Made by a program: the position numbers and the translations under genes. Positions 37,473-47,749 of a stretch of 64,000 nt of DNA are shown one piece after another (the stretch's first letter is position 1; every line of letters starts with the position of its first letter). This stretch comes from a virus (Duplodnaviria > Heunggongvirae > Uroviricota > Caudoviricetes), in the IMG/VR virus record IMGVR_UViG_3300037455_000372, positions 171,710 through 235,709 of that record; one strand, written 5' to 3'. The notes under the pieces are model-generated. The model was not told the DNA's origin, did not search any database, and worked only from the letters and a program-made list of their open reading frames with translations.

Positions 37473-39386
37473 ATGGCTACTGTAGACATCAAAAATGCGG
37501 TAAAGGCTGGTATGCTGGAGGCTTTGGCCGAACAAGAGGCCGCAAAGGCTCACCAAAATCTTGTGGATTTCCACGAGGAGCATAACAGTGCGCCTAAAGC
37601 CGACCCGATGGCTGCGGTCATTGAAAACCAAGCATCGATTATAGAACTGTTCAAGCAGTTCAACGAACGGACTAGCGGAATCGGAAATGCCGCTACGGCT
37701 CAGGAAAATTACGGCCAGTCTGGGTTTGCCCAGCAAGCTATGGCGTCCAGCCAGAACAGTATGAGCCTCGGTAGCAACTTCACTGGCGATATGGTCGCCG
37801 GTAATGGTTCTATCAAGAACATCATTGTCAACCACGGTATAGTGGTCACCGACTCGTCTGGCGCGGTTCAAGGCGGAATCTCCAATATCGGAGCCGCACA
37901 GACTGCTTCGCCAGTGGCCGGGTCTGCAGCCGAGAACAATGAAAATATATCGTACAAGGCTGGACTCGCTGGGGACGAGACCGACCGCGTTCAAGCGAAG
38001 ATTGATCACGAAGAGAGCAAGGCTTATCAAGAATACACGATGAAGCCGACTATGACCAAGCTTTCCCAAGCTCTGGACAAGTATCTGAACCAAGAAAACC
38101 AGCCACTGACTGTTTCTGACGAGTCCGGGTTTGGGCTGTCTAGCTTTCTTGGAACTCTTATTGGTGGTGCTATCGGTGCTCTGGGCGGTCTTGCTATCGG
38201 ATGGATGCAAGGTCTCAAAGCTCAGTGGAGCAAGGTCGGTAAGGCGTTTGCAAATGTCTGGAAGGGTGCTACCAAGTGGATGAAGGACACGAAGCTTGGT
38301 AAGGCCATTGCGAATCTTGGGACAAAGTTTAAATCTACTATCAGCGGAATGACGCAGACCGTTGTAGGCAAGTTCAAGAGTATGACTTCTGCAGTGAAGG
38401 AAACTCTCGGCGGCCTAAAGTCCTCGTTCTTGAAGACGCTCTCCGGTTGGAAGGACGCTGTCAAGAACAGTGCCGTTGGAAAGGCCGCCAGTGCGGTCAA
38501 GGATAAGATTGGCGGTCTTTTCAGCAAAGCCAAGAGCCTAATCGGGTCGGCCAAGAACGCTGCCCAAGAAGGTAAGCTGCTGTCGTTTGTCGGCGCGAAA
38601 CTCTCGAAGGTCGGAAAGGCGGCGGCAACTGCTTATGCCAAGTCTCCGGTCGGAAAGTTCACTAACGCCGCCATTTCGGCGGCCAAGTCCGCTGGCTCTG
38701 CTGCAGCGAAGATCGGACGTAAGCTACCCGTTATTTCTGGCGCGTTTAGCCTTGTTGACGGCGCAAAGAACACTTATGACGTTTGGAAGAAGGGTGGTAG
38801 CATTTCGGACATCACCTCGACGGCTCTTGCTGGTGCTACCGATGCCTTGATGAACACGCTCGCAGTGCCTGAAATTATCGGAACCGTCAAGGGTGCCGTT
38901 AATGGTGCGATGAAGAACGGCCTCAAGGGTGCGCTGAAGGGTGCCGGTTCCGGATTTATGAACGCTCACGACGCGAACGAAGTTTCTATCGGTCAAGCGT
39001 TCTCTGCCGAAATCGCTCACTTAGCTGGTAACGAGACTGAAACAACCAAGGCAATCCGTCGCGCAAGTATGTACGGTTTGACCAAGGATCAAGTCGGCCT
39101 TGTGAACATCAACGGAAACGCTGGTGGTTTTGGAACGGCTGCCGCTCTATATCAGGGAGACAAGAAACTTGCCGCCGGTTCTACCGCTAACTCGAATACG
39201 CCTACCGCGACTACTGGCGATAACGCTAACGGTAAGCGTGCAAACGAGAATGAAAAGAACAAGGAAACTGTCGAGGCGATGAAGGAAGCCTTTATCGAGG
39301 CTATGACAAGTGAAGAAGTTAAAACTGCTAACGCTGAACAGGCTAAGGCTACTGGCGAAGCGATTAACGGGTCGTTGTTGGGGTAA
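37473..39386 (+). CDS. Tape-measure/gp29-like protein
   Basis: Ala/Gly/Lys-rich amphipathic helices with periodic Trp/Phe and a hydrophobic LIGGAIGALGG stretch; sits between the chaperone and baseplate genes. Confidence 0.65.
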   Translation: MATVDIKNAVKAGMLEALAEQEAAKAHQNLVDFHEEHNSAPKADPMAAVIENQASIIELFKQFNERTSGIGNAATAQENYGQSGFAQQAMASSQNSMSLGSNFTGDMVAGNGSIKNIIVNHGIVVTDSSGAVQGGISNIGAAQTASPVAGSAAENNENISYKAGLAGDETDRVQAKIDHEESKAYQEYTMKPTMTKLSQALDKYLNQENQPLTVSDESGFGLSSFLGTLIGGAIGALGGLAIGWMQGLKAQWSKVGKAFANVWKGATKWMKDTKLGKAIANLGTKFKSTISGMTQTVVGKFKSMTSAVKETLGGLKSSFLKTLSGWKDAVKNSAVGKAASAVKDKIGGLFSKAKSLIGSAKNAAQEGKLLSFVGAKLSKVGKAAATAYAKSPVGKFTNAAISAAKSAGSAAAKIGRKLPVISGAFSLVDGAKNTYDVWKKGGSISDITSTALAGATDALMNTLAVPEIIGTVKGAVNGAMKNGLKGALKGAGSGFMNAHDANEVSIGQAFSAEIAHLAGNETETTKAIRRASMYGLTKDQVGLVNINGNAGGFGTAAALYQGDKKLAAGSTANSNTPTATTGDNANGKRANENEKNKETVEAMKEAFIEAMTSEEVKTANAEQAKATGEAINGSLLG

Positions 39387-39389
39387 CAT

Positions 39390-40664
39390 ATGGCTAAGAA
39401 GAACGAAGTCAAAAAGTATCAGAAGCGTGTAGGCCATACCTCTGGTAGGATGATCGAGAATCTACCGAAGCCTAACGTGGTGCGAATCCAAGTATTGGAT
39501 GGTCCCGCTCGTCGTTCGTATATGGGCGGTTTCCAGAGCGTCCTTGATGAATTTAGAACTACGATGCAAGATGCGTGCGCCGAGGCAAGCCATTATAACT
39601 TGTATGAACCGTTCTATGGTATTCTGGATCAGAGCGCGGCTGCTGGTCCGAGTATCAACGTGACCGCATCTTGGAACCAGCCCAGCCAGAAGTCTGGTTT
39701 CTCGATGATGAACACGCTGCTTACCGGTGACGGTGCTGGCGGTCTAGTCGGTCTTGTTCCGTTTGCTGGGGCAACTTTGTCAAAGAAGACCAATACGGCT
39801 CTGCAGTCTATCGAAAAGCTGGCGTCCACCTCGATGTCGTTTGCTGGTATGAACAACAACTCGACTGGTAGTACGACCATTAAGCAGTTTACCAAGACTA
39901 CCATCGGCGCGAATATGCCGCTCAAGTTCAAGTGGTATCTGCCTGAACAGGAACAGATGTGTCGAATTTCCATCAAGCGTTTGATTATGATGACCTATGT
40001 CCGTCCGATGGATATGGACTCGGCCACGATTATTAACGCCGCGATTAACGGCATTATGAACGCTGGCGGAAAGGCTCTTGACGCTGCCAAGGATGCAATC
40101 AAGGAAGTCGGAAACTTTGCTGCTGATACGGCGGCTGATAGCTGGGGAATCGTTACTGATAACGGTTCGACCGAGCAGAACAGAAACTTCTTGTTTGGGT
40201 CGGATATGAATGACGGCGGCGGTAACACCCAGTCGTCATCTGATGTCGATAAGTCCGAGGGAAGTTCTACTGGAACTAGAGGCCAGCGAGCGAAGGATTT
40301 GATGAAGAAAATCGCTGGTGGCGCGGTCAGTGCGTACAACAGCATCAATACTTATTTCGGTGGCGAAATTACGGCAAACCCCCTTCCGGTGCGAATCAGT
40401 GTCGGTCACTATTTGGACTTGGAACCGGTCGTGCTGACCTCGGTTAAGATTACCGCCTCGAAGGAACAATTTATTTCGAAGGACGGTACCCACTTGCCGC
40501 TTTGGGTTTCCGCCGACGTGAACTTTGATTACTGGATGCAGCCGGGTCCGACTAAGGACTTCCTCTCGTTCCTCGGTAGCGAAGTGTTTGACGAATGGGT
40601 CAAGCGCGGTGATTCCAAGACCGAAAAGAACCAATCCGCTGGCGGCATCACCAAGAAGAAGTAA
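39390..40664 (+). CDS. Baseplate-tube junction protein, gp48-like
   Basis: PLPVRISVG...VVLTSVKI...PLWVSADVNF tube-fold pattern; gene order. Confidence 0.5.
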   Translation: MAKKNEVKKYQKRVGHTSGRMIENLPKPNVVRIQVLDGPARRSYMGGFQSVLDEFRTTMQDACAEASHYNLYEPFYGILDQSAAAGPSINVTASWNQPSQKSGFSMMNTLLTGDGAGGLVGLVPFAGATLSKKTNTALQSIEKLASTSMSFAGMNNNSTGSTTIKQFTKTTIGANMPLKFKWYLPEQEQMCRISIKRLIMMTYVRPMDMDSATIINAAINGIMNAGGKALDAAKDAIKEVGNFAADTAADSWGIVTDNGSTEQNRNFLFGSDMNDGGGNTQSSSDVDKSEGSSTGTRGQRAKDLMKKIAGGAVSAYNSINTYFGGEITANPLPVRISVGHYLDLEPVVLTSVKITASKEQFISKDGTHLPLWVSADVNFDYWMQPGPTKDFLSFLGSEVFDEWVKRGDSKTEKNQSAGGITKKK

Positions 40665-40673
40665 GGAGGAATT

Positions 40674-41114
40674 ATGGCGACAGCTGATGAAAAATTCCCT
40701 AGAATCCGCGACGACAAGTTTAATGTCGCTGGAATGTTCCATATTCCTTTGGTACAGAACGGTCGTCTTGACCGTGTTATTGGTGACCTTTACGGTACTC
40801 CTACGATGTACAAGGCATTTGCTGCGGCGAACGATATCCGGAATCCTATGCAGCTCCGTGGTACCATCCGAATCTCGTCCGAGGCCATCCACAACGAACT
40901 AGTTTTAAAGGGGTATAAGGGAAATGACCTTGTACAGGCCGAAAAGCAAGCTAACGAGGATGTGGTTCTTGGAAACCGAGACTGGATTGGCTACAGCGAC
41001 CCGTTTAACGGTGTGATTACCGAAGCGGTTGGCGACGACAACTATGTTCTCCCTGACCCTAATAGCGTTGTGGCTTGGCATATGAAGTACAACGAAGTTG
41101 AAGAGGATGAATAA
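40674..41114 (+). CDS. Baseplate wedge protein, gp53/LysM-like
   Basis: GRLDRVIGDLYGTPTMYKAFAAANDIRNP. Confidence 0.7.
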   Translation: MATADEKFPRIRDDKFNVAGMFHIPLVQNGRLDRVIGDLYGTPTMYKAFAAANDIRNPMQLRGTIRISSEAIHNELVLKGYKGNDLVQAEKQANEDVVLGNRDWIGYSDPFNGVITEAVGDDNYVLPDPNSVVAWHMKYNEVEEDE

Positions 41115-42451
41115 TGGCAAGTGGACTTGGTACCAGTTTTAGCGTTACTGTGGTATTGAATGACCGTATTTTTGACGCTAACGACATAGATGAACTGTCG
41201 ATGACAATTCCCATTAACGAATTGCCGTTTGGAACTGCTACGGTTCTTGTTACCAATTTGCCGGATTTTCAGATCGATAGCGGATGTTTCGGTAGGTTTG
41301 TGTTCCTAAACACTGGTTATCAAGGCGTTGACGGCAGCGGATTTACGTTTTTGATTACTTCGGCGACCCAGACGCTAGTCAATGAAGGAACTATTGCGGT
41401 CAAGTTTAATTGGAAGATGAACTCTCCGGACCTTATGAAAAAGACGACGGAGGCCATCAAGGGTTCTAGTCTCGATGCGATGATTGACATCTTGAAGTCG
41501 TACGAAGGCGTAGCACCATACCAGAATCTCATTGTCGGCGATGCGGCCAATCTTACCGATACGATGACTTGGCGTTATATCAACTGTAACCTAGTCGACA
41601 AGCTCCGCACGACCGTCGACCATTCCGCGATGGTTGGCGACTATATGTTCTGGACTTACGATATCGTGTCCCAGTGCATTCTTATATCCTCGTTGAATAC
41701 GTCGAAGAAAGTCAGTACACCGATGGCTTGTATCTATTCTCAAGATGCAAGGACATCGACCGCAAGCTCTAGGTTTGTGGATTCTAACACCAAGAGCGAG
41801 GCTTGGCTGTATTACCAAGAGGAACGGATGTCCAACAAGGGTGAGAACCTTGCTGAATCGTTCCCGAACATCGTCCATTCGAGCGTGGACTCGAAGGGTA
41901 AGGCAGACGTGTCGAACTGCTACGGCGACTGCTACGATGCTCTTATGCAGCATTACGGAGCGATGAACGCAGAACAGACCGCCACCAAGTTTAATCTACC
42001 GGACACGAAGTCCGTTTACGGCGACATCAAGGTCATCAACAACTTCCCCGGCAATGTGCATAATTCTTATTGTATCGCCGAACAGATTCGCCTCCGTCAC
42101 CTCACGGAATACTCCAAGCTGATGTCAATCGGCTTGACGAACTGTATCGGTCCCGCCGTTGGTAGTCGCGTGTATGTCTACTCGCTGAATCCAGCCAATG
42201 ACGGCGGCACGAACGGTCCGGATATGTATTACACAGACGAATACATCGTTATTGCCAAGCGTATTAAGAAGGATACGACCGTTTCTGCTGGTGCATTGGG
42301 TTCGTCTCATTTCAACCAGCAGCCTGACCACTTGACTATTCTGACCTTGATTTCCAACCACGAAGGAACCCAAGGTTACGACCCGACGATGCAGAAGCTT
42401 GATGAAATTGCAAAGGCTTGTAAGATTGAAGCCGATAAGTTGAAGAAGTAG
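41114..42451 (+). CDS. Baseplate hub protein, gp27-like
   Basis: Lies between gp53-like and gp5-like genes; beta-rich with a C-terminal 'AVGSRVYV...EYIVIA' pattern. Confidence 0.5.
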   Translation: MASGLGTSFSVTVVLNDRIFDANDIDELSMTIPINELPFGTATVLVTNLPDFQIDSGCFGRFVFLNTGYQGVDGSGFTFLITSATQTLVNEGTIAVKFNWKMNSPDLMKKTTEAIKGSSLDAMIDILKSYEGVAPYQNLIVGDAANLTDTMTWRYINCNLVDKLRTTVDHSAMVGDYMFWTYDIVSQCILISSLNTSKKVSTPMACIYSQDARTSTASSRFVDSNTKSEAWLYYQEERMSNKGENLAESFPNIVHSSVDSKGKADVSNCYGDCYDALMQHYGAMNAEQTATKFNLPDTKSVYGDIKVINNFPGNVHNSYCIAEQIRLRHLTEYSKLMSIGLTNCIGPAVGSRVYVYSLNPANDGGTNGPDMYYTDEYIVIAKRIKKDTTVSAGALGSSHFNQQPDHLTILTLISNHEGTQGYDPTMQKLDEIAKACKIEADKLKK

Positions 42452-42458
42452 GTGCGAT

Positions 42459-43697
42459 ATGGGAATGTACAACAAGTTACCAGATGTCGATTACCTAGCT
42501 GTGGTTGTTCAGGGTAGCGTCGATACGATGCACCGTGGTGCCGTGATGGCTCGCGTTTTGGGCGTTACTGACGAATTGGACGATGAAGACCAGCCGTATT
42601 TCTATCCGGCGTTGAATAGTTCAATCCAGCAAGTCCCGCCGGTTGGATATTACTTGAGAGTCCGTTTCGAAGATGGCGATATCAACCGTGGTACTTACTA
42701 CGGAATGTCGGCCACGCCTGATGTACTTCCTCCGGAGTTCGCTGACAATTACCCGGATGTGGCCGTTGGAAATCTGGGAGAGGACGGATTCTTCTACACG
42801 CATAATCGTCAGACTCATACCACGACAATCGTAAATCCCGGAAACAATTCTGGATTTGTCTGGGATGCCGCTGGTTTTATTACCTACGAGTCCAACGTCG
42901 CTCACGCGCAAGCTGGGCAAGGAGCCAAGGAAGGCGGTGGAGCTAACACCCACCACGTCCTTACCGAAGCCACGATAGACATTTTCACTTGTATGCCGGT
43001 AGGCGGTAACCGAGACAACACTGGTATCGGCCAAGGCAGTGAATACTTACAGATTTCTCACATTTCCCAGACGACCATCGATGCGTTCAACGGTCAGCCG
43101 CCGCAAGACGATACTTCGAAGTCTCCGGCTCTGTCCGAACCGTTCGACGACAATGTTCCTCACACCGATATCGTCAACAAGAGCGGCGAAACCGTTATGA
43201 AGGTTCCGCTTGAACGAACCGACAAGATGATTCAGAGAAATGGAAAGCAGATTAAGCGTATCTTGGTGTGCCATACTGAAGGAGAATGCTTCCCGGTTAT
43301 GGCTAACAAGTTCACTACGACTGATACCAATGCCCACTTCTTGGTCGGTAAGGTTGCTGGCGACCCCGAAGTCCTTGGCGAAAACGGCAATAAGGATTCG
43401 CTCAAGAATAGCGGCCTTTACCAGTTCATCGACCTTGACAACGATGCTGGCGCATACAGCAACGCATCGATTGATGGCGACAAGGCCAACGTGGATGCCG
43501 TCGTCATTATGCTTGTGGGCGACGCTACCAGTGCTCCCACCTCCTATCAGATGGATGTTCTGGATAAACTGATTGTGCATATCCGTACAAAGGCGGATAA
43601 CTTTGATATTCCAGTCGTTTCGCCGAACAGCTTCGACTTCCCGCAGAATCCGCGTGCGCTGATGCCGAACTTTAGTGCGGACGACTATAACGAGTAG
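42459..43697 (+). CDS. Central spike gp5-like protein: OB-fold plus a degenerate amidase_2/PGRP-like domain
   Basis: AVVV...D..HRGAVMARV, VPPVG...VRFEDGD; C-terminal RILVCHT...AHFLV...YQFIDL...AVVIMLVG...PTSYQMDVL. Confidence 0.7.
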   Translation: MGMYNKLPDVDYLAVVVQGSVDTMHRGAVMARVLGVTDELDDEDQPYFYPALNSSIQQVPPVGYYLRVRFEDGDINRGTYYGMSATPDVLPPEFADNYPDVAVGNLGEDGFFYTHNRQTHTTTIVNPGNNSGFVWDAAGFITYESNVAHAQAGQGAKEGGGANTHHVLTEATIDIFTCMPVGGNRDNTGIGQGSEYLQISHISQTTIDAFNGQPPQDDTSKSPALSEPFDDNVPHTDIVNKSGETVMKVPLERTDKMIQRNGKQIKRILVCHTEGECFPVMANKFTTTDTNAHFLVGKVAGDPEVLGENGNKDSLKNSGLYQFIDLDNDAGAYSNASIDGDKANVDAVVIMLVGDATSAPTSYQMDVLDKLIVHIRTKADNFDIPVVSPNSFDFPQNPRALMPNFSADDYNE

Positions 43698-43705
43698 GTA
43701 ATTGT

Positions 43706-45673
43706 ATGAGTGCTGCGTCAAACAAGAAAATGGATTGCGAGAAGCCTAGGAACGCCGCCAGTGCCGGTATGCAAGCGTCCGTCAATTCTGCGGTCGTTTC
43801 CACTCCTACTGCGAATACCTCGTCCCAGCTCGCCGGAGACTCCAGCTATCCGCTGAAGCCGTCGTTTTTGACCGGAGTTGACGGTATCGCCAATACGATT
43901 ACCGGAGGCATCGAGAAGGCCGCCTCCGCTATGGACGCTACTACGAAGCGTATCAACAACGTCGACTGCAGCGATATGCTGTACGAGTACATAATGAGCA
44001 AGCTGCCGCCATTTACGGCGACGCTCATTAACGGAGCCTCTAAGGGTCTGGACAAGGCAGCGAACTTTGCTCACGGAATCACATCGGGCGCGTCTATCGG
44101 AAACTTGATCCGTAAGCCAGATTTCGTGAAGAACGTGTGTACATTTATCGAGATGTGGGGTGGAACCATAGACGGCTGGCTCGACGTGATTGTCAAGGCG
44201 GCGTTTGCATTGTTCAACAAGATCGATGCCGCTCGCGAGCGTCTGGAGAACGCGACTCTCGACTTTACCGAGGCCGTCCGTAACTGTGTCCTAGATGTCA
44301 TTAACGCGATACAAGACAAGTTGAACGGCTTGCTGAATTTCACGATGGCGATCAACTGGGACGACCTTGGAAAGTATATGGCCAAGTGTCCTTGCTTGGC
44401 GAACGTAATCGCGTACTTGACTGGTTGTACCGAGGATGCCGATGGTAATCCGACTAAAGGCCGTCCTTGGGCTATAATCGCGTGCATCAATGAAAAGTTC
44501 TCGTTCCTTAACGTAGATGACTTGAAGTTTGGTCTTGACACGATGATTACGAAATATGTCAAGAATTTCATCAATGGTCTGTTTAATCTTATCGAGGCTT
44601 GGATTGTCTATGTCTATGACCTTGTCATCAAGCCGTTCCGATTCTTGATGAAGAAGTATGTCGAGTTGCTTACCAAGAAAATGAACGTGGACAAGTTCAT
44701 AGATACGGTCGGTCCGTTTGAGTGTTTCTTCGTCTACACGGAGGAATACGAAAATGGAAAGAAGTATTACGGTATGTCTGCCATCGATATGATCAAGACT
44801 TACAAGGGATGGATTGGTTGTCTCGAAATTGCTTGTCCGAACCTTTCGGAAAAGATTAAGAACCGTACCAAGCAGATGTACAAGGACTTGCGCCTAGAGG
44901 ACAAGTATTGGCGTCGTGCTATGGAAGCCGATATCTATACTTGCTGTCTGGCCACCGAGCTTGATGCGCCTACCGCCCGTGAGAGTGTTCTCCGCCAGCT
45001 GTACTTCGAGAATCCTTGGGATTGGCTGTTGTCTCTATTCAAGAAGGCCAAGAACAAGGACGACAATACCAGCGAGGCAGACGCGGAAGCCGAAGAATAC
45101 GACGTTAGCCGTCCGTTCACTTTCGCCGACTTGCATCCGTCCGAGGGTTCGTCTCTTGGTGGAAGTATCAAGGACGCTATCAATTTCACGTACTCCGTCG
45201 AAACTGAAAACGAGGTGATGGCCGGACCCAAGAAGATTTCGAAGTTCGAGGAAAATACCTTGAAGAGTATTGTCGGCAGTATGTCGTCCCAGACCGATGA
45301 CAACTACTACGTCGAGCATATGTACCAGCTCGTTCGGTTCTCGAACAATTATGCGACTTCGGAAGCATATATCCAGTATGTCTCTGATAAGCTGGATTCT
45401 ATCGAGTCGCTGTCCGGTAATTATTCGTCTGGCGACAACGGTATGAACAATTCTAGCGTTCGCCAGCCGTACTATGTAGACAATCCGACTGGCTATCCGA
45501 CGGCTGATGGTTCCGTGTCGACCCCGGCCATCGTCGCTACCTACACGGTGCCGAGCGATTTCGACCAGACCCGTTCGGAAAAGATATCCTACTTCCAGTT
45601 CACGCCGCAAGCGTCAGGTGAAACACTGGCAAACTACTACGCGAGAATGTACCAGTCAGCTGTGAGGTCGTAA
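43706..45673 (+). CDS. Hypothetical Cys-containing helical protein in the baseplate operon
   Basis: 655-aa ORF; no family recognised. Confidence 0.7.
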   Translation: MSAASNKKMDCEKPRNAASAGMQASVNSAVVSTPTANTSSQLAGDSSYPLKPSFLTGVDGIANTITGGIEKAASAMDATTKRINNVDCSDMLYEYIMSKLPPFTATLINGASKGLDKAANFAHGITSGASIGNLIRKPDFVKNVCTFIEMWGGTIDGWLDVIVKAAFALFNKIDAARERLENATLDFTEAVRNCVLDVINAIQDKLNGLLNFTMAINWDDLGKYMAKCPCLANVIAYLTGCTEDADGNPTKGRPWAIIACINEKFSFLNVDDLKFGLDTMITKYVKNFINGLFNLIEAWIVYVYDLVIKPFRFLMKKYVELLTKKMNVDKFIDTVGPFECFFVYTEEYENGKKYYGMSAIDMIKTYKGWIGCLEIACPNLSEKIKNRTKQMYKDLRLEDKYWRRAMEADIYTCCLATELDAPTARESVLRQLYFENPWDWLLSLFKKAKNKDDNTSEADAEAEEYDVSRPFTFADLHPSEGSSLGGSIKDAINFTYSVETENEVMAGPKKISKFEENTLKSIVGSMSSQTDDNYYVEHMYQLVRFSNNYATSEAYIQYVSDKLDSIESLSGNYSSGDNGMNNSSVRQPYYVDNPTGYPTADGSVSTPAIVATYTVPSDFDQTRSEKISYFQFTPQASGETLANYYARMYQSAVRS

Positions 45674-46206
45674 TGGCTCACAATTACTACAAAGATTGCC
45701 ACAAGGGTACGTACACCCTGTTGCACCCGGAGAAGTATATGCCGAACGCTCCGCTCCCACAGTACAAGTCTGAATGGGAGCAGAAGTTCTTCGTACTTTG
45801 CGACGTGCATCCTCTTATAACGATGTGGGGGTATGAACCGCCTCCGATTTCCATTGCCTATATGTCTCCGAAGTACCAGAAGATTTCGATATACAAGCCT
45901 GACATTTACGTCGAAATCACCGATAAGGACACCCAACAGGTCACCAAATACCTTATCGAGATTAAACCGACCACCTATTCCGTGATCCCAAAGATGCCGA
46001 AACCGCCTTCAAATCAGGCCGATGAAGCGGCTTGGGCTAGGTATAGGAAGCGCAAGGTGTCGTTCGAGGCCAAGCTGATGGATGTTATGGTTAACCACGC
46101 CAAGTGGGCTGCTGCAGAAGAATGGTGCCGCTTGAGGGGGGTAAACTGGTTCATCGCGAACGAAAAGAATATGGGAAGATTGTTCCATTATGACGTTCGG
46201 CTCTAA
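45673..46206 (+). CDS. gp4: Head completion nuclease, gp4-like (TnsA fold)
   Basis: GTY...PEKY, YKSEWE, WGYE, YKPD, LIEIKP, VNHAKWAAA. Confidence 0.88.
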   Translation: MAHNYYKDCHKGTYTLLHPEKYMPNAPLPQYKSEWEQKFFVLCDVHPLITMWGYEPPPISIAYMSPKYQKISIYKPDIYVEITDKDTQQVTKYLIEIKPTTYSVIPKMPKPPSNQADEAAWARYRKRKVSFEAKLMDVMVNHAKWAAAEEWCRLRGVNWFIANEKNMGRLFHYDVRL

Positions 46207-46220
46207 AATGTAATAATTTA
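46206..46220 (+). promoter_or_regulatory. Promoter-like AAATGTAATAATTTA
   Basis: Identical to 34048-34062. Confidence 0.6.
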
Positions 46221-46246
46221 GGGTTTAATCAAGGATTGTACGGATT

Positions 46247-46672
46247 ATGTCGTGCTGCAGTGATACTGTTGTCATTCACGGTGGATATGAGCCTCTGAGC
46301 CAGCGTCTCCTCAACTATGGGAAGGACGCTTATAGCGATGTCGTTTCTCGCCAGCGTGTGGTTATGTGGGTTTTCGTGTTTTACGACGAGAATGACCAGT
46401 GTCCGACTTGCAAGCAAGCTTTCAGCGATATGTTCGCGTGGTTCAACAAGTACCATCTGTTCGACGACCCTGTTCGCTGCGTTCGGACGGTCATTGAGCC
46501 GGAACCAGAGAAAAACCTTATCTACACCGACCTCGGTATGCACAAGCTCCCGGCGGTCGTGTTCTGTACTGATAAGGGTCTGATCTACGATATCGTGTTC
46601 GAGTTTCCGGGTCAGAAATGGCTTGAAGAGTACATCTTGCCGTACATCCAGAACGACGGAAAATTGGGATAA
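46247..46672 (+). CDS. Thioredoxin-like protein
   Basis: VFVFY....CPTCK, LPAVVF, FPG. Confidence 0.7.
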   Translation: MSCCSDTVVIHGGYEPLSQRLLNYGKDAYSDVVSRQRVVMWVFVFYDENDQCPTCKQAFSDMFAWFNKYHLFDDPVRCVRTVIEPEPEKNLIYTDLGMHKLPAVVFCTDKGLIYDIVFEFPGQKWLEEYILPYIQNDGKLG

Positions 46673-47718
46673 TGGAATCAAAGGAAACGGTCTACATTAT
46701 GGGCTACAGCCTCGACGCGGTAATCGAGGCTTTGAGACGCAATATGAATGGCGAGTCTGTTCACTTTTTGGCAACGGCCAAGCTCGGTGAACCCCTTGAC
46801 CTTTTCAACGATATGCTGTCGAACCGCACGGTCGCGATCTTGAAGGTCGTGTCCCCTATCGACATCAACTATACGGAATATCATAACCCACGGTTCCTTT
46901 ACATACCGTATGACCGGGTGCGCATCAAGAATACCAAGAACGGAATCATACAGTTTCCGCTTAACAAGAACTCGTTCGAGGACACCGACGAGTGGACTTC
47001 CATATGCGAGTCCTTCAAGAAAGACCCGGTCTATTCAGTTTTGATGGACAAGGGTAACTCTCCGTCTAAGCTGGTCAGCGCAATGAAGGCGCATATGCCT
47101 AGTACGTTCGTGGACACGTTCTGCAAGGCTATGGGCATCACGCGCTGGCGTGGAATCCAGTTGTCCCACTTGACAATGATCGGCTTCAACTACGAATATC
47201 CGTTCTCCTACCTAGACAGAGACTACCAAGAGACGTTCTATAAGCCCGATATGACTTACGAGGAAATCTGTACGCAGATGCTCGCCGTCGCCGGAATTCC
47301 GGTTACGCATATCAACGCCAAGGTTTGCTCGAAAATTATCCGTGACCGGGAGTTTACCGACCCTCTAATCATTATGGACAACCGTATCGACGGCTACCTC
47401 CGATATGTGTGCGGTCGTTTCGATAGAATCCGTATGTCGAGCGAACAGGTCAAGATGCCGCCGCAGCTGTCAACTGGCCGTAACGGGCTGTACTACACGC
47501 CGTACAGCACTGACTTCTGGGGTGTCGAGATACTGGGTGACAAGGCTTATAAGCTCAGTTCCGAGCTGGTCAATACGCTCTACGACGAGTTCATTTCCGA
47601 AATCCCGCTGAGTAGGACGAACGCCAAGCTTTATAACCAGTACGAGTCTATGGTGAAATTCTACGGGCCGAAGAAGATGCTCGATGTCCGCCAAAGAGTC
47701 GAAACTATGGTCAAATAA
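46672..47718 (+). CDS. Degenerate UDP-galactopyranose mutase (Glf)-like protein
   Basis: QFPLNKNSF, RIDGYLRYVCGRF, IPL...NAKLYNQY parallel Glf motifs; the FAD GxGxxG is replaced by GYSLDA. Confidence 0.5.
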   Translation: MESKETVYIMGYSLDAVIEALRRNMNGESVHFLATAKLGEPLDLFNDMLSNRTVAILKVVSPIDINYTEYHNPRFLYIPYDRVRIKNTKNGIIQFPLNKNSFEDTDEWTSICESFKKDPVYSVLMDKGNSPSKLVSAMKAHMPSTFVDTFCKAMGITRWRGIQLSHLTMIGFNYEYPFSYLDRDYQETFYKPDMTYEEICTQMLAVAGIPVTHINAKVCSKIIRDREFTDPLIIMDNRIDGYLRYVCGRFDRIRMSSEQVKMPPQLSTGRNGLYYTPYSTDFWGVEILGDKAYKLSSELVNTLYDEFISEIPLSRTNAKLYNQYESMVKFYGPKKMLDVRQRVETMVK

Positions 47719-47748
47719 AAGAAACCCACACTGAGTGTGGGTCTTTTC
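47717..47748. terminator. Bidirectional terminator
   Basis: ACCCACAC/GTGTGGGT stem flanked by A and T runs between convergent genes. Confidence 0.8.
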
Positions 47749-47749
47749 A

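Noticed and set aside
45673-46206. TnsA-like transposase
   Set aside because: Motifs and context fit phage gp4 head completion protein; no TnsB/TnsC or terminal repeats
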